DNA of 64,000 nt from Candidatus Bathyarchaeota archaeon (lineage in GTDB: Archaea; Thermoproteota; Bathyarchaeia; Bathyarchaeales; Bathycorpusculaceae): contig CAVYES010000004.1 of NCBI GenBank assembly GCA_963767735.1, forward strand, positions 527,342 to 591,341. The letters are read 5' to 3'. Position numbers and translations under genes: made by a program. Each line of letters opens with the position of its first letter. The stretch's first letter is position 1. The notes under the pieces were generated by a model, which was not told where the DNA came from, made no database searches, and was given only the letters and a program-made list of their open reading frames with translations. This document shows, piece by piece, positions 62,221 through 64,000 of this stretch.

Positions 62221-62508
62221 TTAGTGCTCTGGATGCGTATGGTTTATGCCGTAAAATACAGTTATGACAAACAAGACTATGAAGATAACTTCGATTATTG
62301 CAGCAAGAATGATCGCAATATTGTAGTTTGCACGTTCATGTGGAGTAATTACAATTGTAATGTTATTTGCTCCCTGCACAGGACTAACGCCCGGAATTAT
62401 GTACTTGTATATTGTATTGTTCGTCTGAAGGATAACGATAACTGGAGGCACCACTAAAGCTACCACTAAAAACACGGCGGCAAGCAGAAAAATACGTTTT
62501 CTATGCAT
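62221..62508 (-). CDS. 2-TM membrane protein
   Basis: Two hydrophobic helices. Confidence 0.7.
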   Translation of the reverse strand: MHRKRIFLLAAVFLVVALVVPPVIVILQTNNTIYKYIIPGVSPVQGANNITIVITPHERANYNIAIILAAIIEVIFIVLFVITVFYGINHTHPEH

Positions 62509-62657
62509 AAAAATCCCATTAAATAATATCGTTTTTCAAGTTAATAAGCGTTAAATTTCGGAGGATCGGCACTTTAGGGCAAGCTTACCTTAATGGGTTT
62601 AGCGGTTGAAACAATTTTTATTAAGGATAATTCACATAATGCTTAGCGAATAGAGAC

Positions 62658-62951
62658 ATGATAAGAAAAGTTGCTCTATCAACTCTCTTACTGGCATGCG
62701 CACTCTATATCTTCCTTCCAACGCCTGATGAACTTTTCATCTACCCAGCTGTAGGATTGTTCCTAACTTACACTTTTCACATATCGTTTGTTTACGCAGT
62801 TCTAGTGATAACACTGTTCTATTATGGCAGCGGCGTAGTAGCTTTATTAGGCGCCTTAACACTCGGTGGCAAACCGATTTATAATAACTTGAAACAAATT
62901 TACAGAAAAAGAAGAGTCCAACCGCTGTTTAAGCGATGGAGGACCGTTTAA
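62658..62951 (+). CDS. Small membrane protein
   Basis: Hydrophobic; LPTPDE motif; basic tail. Confidence 0.7.
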   Translation: MIRKVALSTLLLACALYIFLPTPDELFIYPAVGLFLTYTFHISFVYAVLVITLFYYGSGVVALLGALTLGGKPIYNNLKQIYRKRRVQPLFKRWRTV

Positions 62952-63245
62952 TTTTATTCTTGAATCTTGGGAGCAAGGGAAAGGCTGTTATCCAGCGCAA
63001 ATTCAACGGTGAAAAGTTGCTGGTGGGCCGTACCGGACTTACCCCGTACACGGTATGAGTCCCTATCTCAAACTTACTGAATAAGGATATTTTGCGAATT
63101 TTGACCATGGTTTGAAGCTGCCCATCCCCATACCGAACGGGTTCAAAACCTGTCTCTCTGAGGGCTCTCATAAGACCTGTTTTTAAGTTTACGGTTGTGC
63201 CGCGAGGATTAGTCCGGCTCGATCCGCAAACAATAGAGAACTACA

Positions 63246-63620
63246 TTATGTTGAATAGCATCTCTTTCCCAGTTCCCAATAATAGAGAAATAAATCGTTT
63301 GCCCATCTTAGTAACTTTGGGTTTTTTCCATAAAATACTGCGCTGTCTGCTCTGCCGTCGATTGAAAGCATGTTAATACCCGCAATTTTTTCACTGATTA
63401 AACAATTGCTGGAACAACTTGAATTACTCTCTTTTCAAAATGATCTTTTATCTCTGGAATATTTCGTAGAATTTGCGGTTGCTTTCATCAAATAACAGTC
63501 TAACCGTAACACCTTTTTGGACCATATCGAGTGTTTTTGCGTCCAGGTTGCTTAACGGTCTTTGTCCGATAAGCCAAATGTATTTTTCAGCTCCCAATAT
63601 TAGTCGTTCGGCATCTCGGT
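63246..63620 (-). pseudogene. DUF1724/COG4742-type regulator C-terminal domain, frameshifted and lacking its N-terminus
   Basis: AEKYIW...GVTVRLL...ISEK...W..DLFLYYW read across frames. Confidence 0.65.
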
Positions 63621-63645
63621 GTGTCTATTGTAATTATGGAAGTAA

Positions 63646-63834
63646 ATGATCTTGAAACAGGCACAAGTGCTTTGCGTCGATTGTACTAATAATGAAATTC
63701 ATCTTATTCTGAAAGAATTAGAGATCCACGTGAGTGCCACAAATGGCGAGAACTTTGATGATGCTGCTGCAATCAGAAAAATTATGAAAGAAGAAGCCCT
63801 TAAACCACTTTTTCTTATGCACGACGATAGTTAA
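63646..63834 (+). CDS. Small hypothetical protein
   Basis: 62-aa ORF only. Confidence 0.35.
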   Translation: MILKQAQVLCVDCTNNEIHLILKELEIHVSATNGENFDDAAAIRKIMKEEALKPLFLMHDDS

Positions 63835-64000
63835 ATGGTTACTTTAGAAAACTTCTGCTGAATAAGATAACCTATGCACTTCAATATGGACGCGCATTTT
63901 TGAAAAATCAACGTGTACAGTTTAAAAAAAGTAGTTAGAAATAAAAACTAAATAGTTAGTTAGAAATCGCGCTGTAATTGCTAAACGGGTTTAAATCCCT

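Overview
Archaeal chromosomal DNA. The gene content (rpl38e, tsr3, PEF-CTERM surface proteins, DUF5752, many small winged-helix regulators, PAS kinases, a BHB-intron tRNA) points to a TACK lineage, most likely Bathyarchaeia; this assignment is an inference. Housekeeping genes (glgP, mtnP, apt, macro domain, tsr3, nnr, pncA, yjbQ, hjc-like, rpl38e, tRNA-Val and tRNA-Ser) are mixed with accessory or decaying DNA (IS relics, pseudogenes). Most notable: (1) a tRNA-Ser(TGA) with a 30-nt BHB intron at position 8/9, plus a 5' leader that copies the acceptor strand; (2) a ~23-bp non-coding motif, GTATACAAAAGCATCA(A/C)CAAAAC, in 8 copies between 48 and 61 kb; (3) a cassette-like row of small membrane genes at 1.2-3.2 kb separated by CTTTTCCCAC sites, which may be the other half of the same site family; (4) an archaeal BlaI/BlaR-like regulon with four TACTA-N7-TAGTA operators; (5) a DUF2400 (HhH-GPD-like) plus T7-endonuclease-I-like fusion; (6) duplicated promoter-like units carrying swapped decamer arrays or co-varying palindromes. 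No CRISPR array, rRNA or integrase was seen. All family assignments come from recognising motifs by eye, not from database searches.
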